Assembly: GCA_036676395.1 (NCBI GenBank)
Contig: JAKFCY010000003.1
Span: forward strand, 320,001 to 384,000
Length of the DNA: 64,000 nt
Direction: 5' to 3'
From: Bdellovibrio sp.
GTDB lineage: Bacteria; Bdellovibrionota; Bdellovibrionia; Bdellovibrionales; Bdellovibrionaceae
Below the pieces are notes generated by a model. It saw nothing but the letters and a program-made list of their open reading frames with translations. It ran no database searches and was not told the DNA's origin. Positions 60,754 to 64,000 of this stretch are shown here, piece after piece (position 1 is the first letter of the stretch; each line of letters opens with the position of its first letter). The position numbers were made by a program, and so were the translations under genes.

Positions 60754-62151
60754 TTACTTCCCTAAGCAGAATTCTTTAAAAACGCGATCCATAATTTGAT
60801 CGTCAAAATATCTTCCAAGAATTTTTTGTAACGCTAATAGTGAGTTCTTTAAAGTCTGTGCAACGAATTCGCTTCCGAGTTCATTTTCTAATTCAGTGAT
60901 AGATTGATCGATTAGATCCATCGCCGCATTTGAAAGTTCGAACTGTCGGGCTGATGAAATAACCGATTCATCGCTAAACTTTTCAGACCCCATAATAGTG
61001 CTTACACGAAGTAATATCGTATCGCGGGCAGTAACATCAAGGGCTGAGACAGGAACCACATCGATAACCCTGGGGCCACCCTCTAAATCCTGTAATTTTT
61101 GCTTAATTTTTTCGGGCGCTTCAGAACTGGCTTTATCGGCTTTATTCGCAAGGATCAGGGCGTTTCCCTTAACCATGCGAAAACGCTCAAGATCGCCCTG
61201 CTGGAGGCCTAAAGAGCTATCAAACACAAACAGCGTAAGATCTCCGCTTTCGATCTCTTTAAGTGATCTTTGCACCCCGATATTTTCAACAACATCGATA
61301 GTATCGCGTAAACCTGCGGTATCTGAGATATTAAATTTAATGCCATTGAAAAAAGTATGGCCAACAACCACATCACGAGTTGTTCCTGCGATATCGGTTA
61401 CAATCGCCTTTTCGTCTAAAACTAAATTATTTAACAAACTTGATTTACCCACATTTGGTAAACCTGCCAAAACTAACTTAATACCATCTTTTAAAATTTT
61501 ACCCTGACTGTATGACCCAGTTAAAATTTCTAGTTCGGCTTTTAATTCTTTTAATTTTTGAATCAGCACTAATGGATCAACGACATCAATGCCTTCAGTT
61601 GAAAAATCAATTGAAGCTTCAATGTGAGCCAGGCACCAAGTTAGTTTATCTTCTAGGTGCTGAAATTTTTCTGAAACTTTGCCTTCGAGCTGACGCAGTG
61701 ACATTTTTAGAGCGCTATCTGATTGGCTTTCAATAACTGATAACACCGCTTCGGCTTGTACTAGATCCAGCCTGTCATTCATGAACGCGCGATAGGTGTA
61801 TTCGCCTTTTTCTGCAGTGACAGCACCGTATTCAACTAAAGCTTCTAATATTTTTTTTGTAACATGTGGAGAACCATGTGAAGAAATCTCGATGGTCTCT
61901 TCTCCGGTATAAGATTTACCCTGAGCAAAGGCCGTAACCACAACTTGATCGATGATTTCATTTTTACTGTTGGCAAATTTTGCGAGATAAACTTTATGCG
62001 ATTCGATTTTTTTGCGGCCCAGGCTTTTACAGGCTTTTTGAATAATTTTATAAGAATCTGGGCCACTGAGTCTGATGACTGAAATGGCCGCAGTTCCGGC
62101 TGCTGATGCTAACGCACAAATCGTTTTTGCTTCGCGATTAGCATCGAACAT
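60754..62151 (-). CDS. mnmE: tRNA modification GTPase
   Basis: SYTGE, G.PNVGKSSL, GTTRD, DTAG, NKAD, FCLGK. Confidence 0.97.
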   Translation of the reverse strand: MFDANREAKTICALASAAGTAAISVIRLSGPDSYKIIQKACKSLGRKKIESHKVYLAKFANSKNEIIDQVVVTAFAQGKSYTGEETIEISSHGSPHVTKKILEALVEYGAVTAEKGEYTYRAFMNDRLDLVQAEAVLSVIESQSDSALKMSLRQLEGKVSEKFQHLEDKLTWCLAHIEASIDFSTEGIDVVDPLVLIQKLKELKAELEILTGSYSQGKILKDGIKLVLAGLPNVGKSSLLNNLVLDEKAIVTDIAGTTRDVVVGHTFFNGIKFNISDTAGLRDTIDVVENIGVQRSLKEIESGDLTLFVFDSSLGLQQGDLERFRMVKGNALILANKADKASSEAPEKIKQKLQDLEGGPRVIDVVPVSALDVTARDTILLRVSTIMGSEKFSDESVISSARQFELSNAAMDLIDQSITELENELGSEFVAQTLKNSLLALQKILGRYFDDQIMDRVFKEFCLGK

Positions 62152-62159
62152 TTTTTAAA

Positions 62160-62711
62160 TTACCCTTCGTCAGACATAGAAGCATCTGGTGCTTCAGTGC
62201 CATTGGCTTTAACTGGAAAAATTTTAATTTTTTTGTATAAGCCATCACCTAACGAGCGACTTTTTACGCGCGCATCTAAAGCTAAATATTGGTGAACAAC
62301 TTTACGCTCTTTCGGAGGTAAAGCGCGGTAATAAACTGATTTACCCTGTTCGATAGCAATAGTTTTTAAGTGTTCAGCGCGCTCGATAAGAGCAGCTTCT
62401 GATTCTTGACGGTATCCGCCGCAATCAACTAATACATTTGTTTGCACATCTGGAAAGTTATGTTGAGTAACGCGTTTAATGATTAATTGAAATGCGTCTA
62501 ATAGCTGACCTTTGTGGTCTTTTAATAACTCTTCGTCTGCGCCAGAAAAATCAATTTTAATTTCAGTGATTTCTTCTTTTTTGGTGATTGCTAGATTGTA
62601 CTCTAAATCAAAACCACCTTTTTCTAAAATTCCTGACAATGTTGCTTCAACAACTGCGTCGATATCTGATTTTTTTCCACCACCAAATAATTTTGCGAAA
62701 AATCCTGCCAT
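62160..62711 (-). CDS. jag: Jag/KhpB-family KH-R3H RNA-binding protein
   Basis: GQLLDAFQ, VD..GYR, ERKVVH (R3H), SRS.G.G; between yidC and mnmE. Confidence 0.85.
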   Translation of the reverse strand: MAGFFAKLFGGGKKSDIDAVVEATLSGILEKGGFDLEYNLAITKKEEITEIKIDFSGADEELLKDHKGQLLDAFQLIIKRVTQHNFPDVQTNVLVDCGGYRQESEAALIERAEHLKTIAIEQGKSVYYRALPPKERKVVHQYLALDARVKSRSLGDGLYKKIKIFPVKANGTEAPDASMSDEG

Positions 62712-62759
62712 ATGTGTCCCCTATCCTTAATAACTTTACGCCACTGTTAAGTGTGGCGG

Positions 62760-64000
62760 CTATGCCACCGCTGGGCTATTAGTTTTTGTTTCTTTTAATA
62801 AAAAATACTGTTGAATCACACCGAAAAGCGCACTCACGAAATTGTACAGAGTTAAACCACTCGGAAGAGTTAACATAAATAACGTAAATAAAATCGGCAT
62901 GAAATTTAAAATTTTAGCCTGTGTAGGATCCATCGTTGTCGGAGTCATTTTTTGTTGTAAGAACATTGTAATACCCATCAATACCGGGAATACAAAGAAT
63001 GGATCATGATAGCTTAAATCTGTGATCCAACCAAAGAATGGTTGTTGATAAATCTCAATGCTAGAGCCAATTGCGCGCCATAGAGCGAAGAAAATTGGAA
63101 TTTGAATTAACATTGGCAAACAACCAGATAAAGGGTTGGCGTTATTTTCTTTCATAACAGCCATGGTCTCTTTATTCATACGCATTGGATCGTCTTTAAA
63201 CTTCGCACGAATCGCATCAAGTTTTGGTTTCACTTTTTGCATTGATTGCGCAGATCTAAAAGACATGACGTTAAATGGTAAAAGAATCGAACGTACAACC
63301 AAAGTTAAAGCAATAATCGCCAAACCCCAGTTGCCAAAAATGCTGTGCATGAACACTAATAGTTTCATTAACAATGCCGAGATAAAACCGAACATACCGT
63401 AATTTAAAGTCTCAGTTAATTGTGTATCAATTTTAGCTAAGACTTCAGTTTGTTTTGGACCAAGATAAATCGCTTGGCTGATTTTGTTGATCTTAGCATC
63501 TTTAAGATTATAGCTGATATTTACAGAGGCTAAATTGCTTTCAACCTTATTTGTAATGCTTGGTACAATGTCAGCGCGATTTACAGAAGCCGCAGTAAAA
63601 TACTGTGTGCCAATTGATGCCATTGTCGCTGCTGGAGCCGCTTTTAAGAAGCTTTCGTTTTCTTTTAATCCCGCAATACTTTCGTTGTTCGCAGAACCGG
63701 CTTCCATCCAGATAAAATCTTGCTGTTCAAAGCTCGGAGTTAAAAAGTTTGTACTTTCTGGTTTATGATGTTTTTGAAATAATTTAAGCGCTAAAGAATC
63801 AAAACCTAAATCAAATTCAGCTTCAGAACTAAAAGATGAGGTCTCTTTATTATATGTTAATTTGCGGGTGATTTTTTTACCGTCTACAACTGCAGATCCG
63901 GTAAACTCAGATTCTCCAGCTTTTTCCACAGTGAAATTAACAACATTATTATTTGCTAATAATTCTGCTTGGCCTTCAACACTTGTAAAGTTGATTTGTT
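62760..64000 (-). CDS. yidC: membrane protein insertase YidC (5'-truncated by window)
   Basis: NWGLAII.LT..VR..L.P, NPLSGCLP.LIQIPIFFALW, WITDLS..DP, PSGL.LY. Confidence 0.95.
   Translation of the reverse strand, partial: QINFTSVEGQAELLANNNVVNFTVEKAGESEFTGSAVVDGKKITRKLTYNKETSSFSSEAEFDLGFDSLALKLFQKHHKPESTNFLTPSFEQQDFIWMEAGSANNESIAGLKENESFLKAAPAATMASIGTQYFTAASVNRADIVPSITNKVESNLASVNISYNLKDAKINKISQAIYLGPKQTEVLAKIDTQLTETLNYGMFGFISALLMKLLVFMHSIFGNWGLAIIALTLVVRSILLPFNVMSFRSAQSMQKVKPKLDAIRAKFKDDPMRMNKETMAVMKENNANPLSGCLPMLIQIPIFFALWRAIGSSIEIYQQPFFGWITDLSYHDPFFVFPVLMGITMFLQQKMTPTTMDPTQAKILNFMPILFTLFMLTLPSGLTLYNFVSALFGVIQQYFLLKETKTNSPAVA

Overview
A 64-kb chromosomal window from an AT-rich bacterium, inferred to be a Bdellovibrionota predator. 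The evidence is gene order and content: membrane-arm-only nuoA-H-J-K-L-M-N, atpF'FHAGDC without atpB/E, bactofilin-parB-parA, and many orphan secreted proteins. The right end is the conserved origin-proximal block (yidC-jag-mnmE-mnmG-rsmG-parAB) with three parS sites, so oriC/dnaA probably lies just beyond 64000. Most of the window is housekeeping: acyl-CoA carboxylase, tat, hemW-grpE-dnaJ, lon, nuo, mfd, atp. The standout accessory locus is a ~2.6-kb three-gene module after lon: an XRE-type HTH gene divergent from ASCH and PIN-GNAT-EVE/PUA-ASCH genes, with a 20-bp inverted-repeat operator covering both promoters. It is a candidate nucleic-acid-modification-sensing toxin/defence system. Other notable items are a hybrid iron-uptake operon (porin-imelysin-dihaem DHOR-cupredoxin-short FTR1), an exported Fic enzyme, tandem Zn-free/Zn-finger DksA paralogues, an MMPL-LolA-like fusion with an internal signal peptide, back-to-back sigma28-like promoters, and a synonymously recoded duplicate of the last six atpG codons. 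No rRNA, tRNA, CRISPR array, integrase or transposase was recognised. All family assignments come from motif recognition by eye, not database searches.
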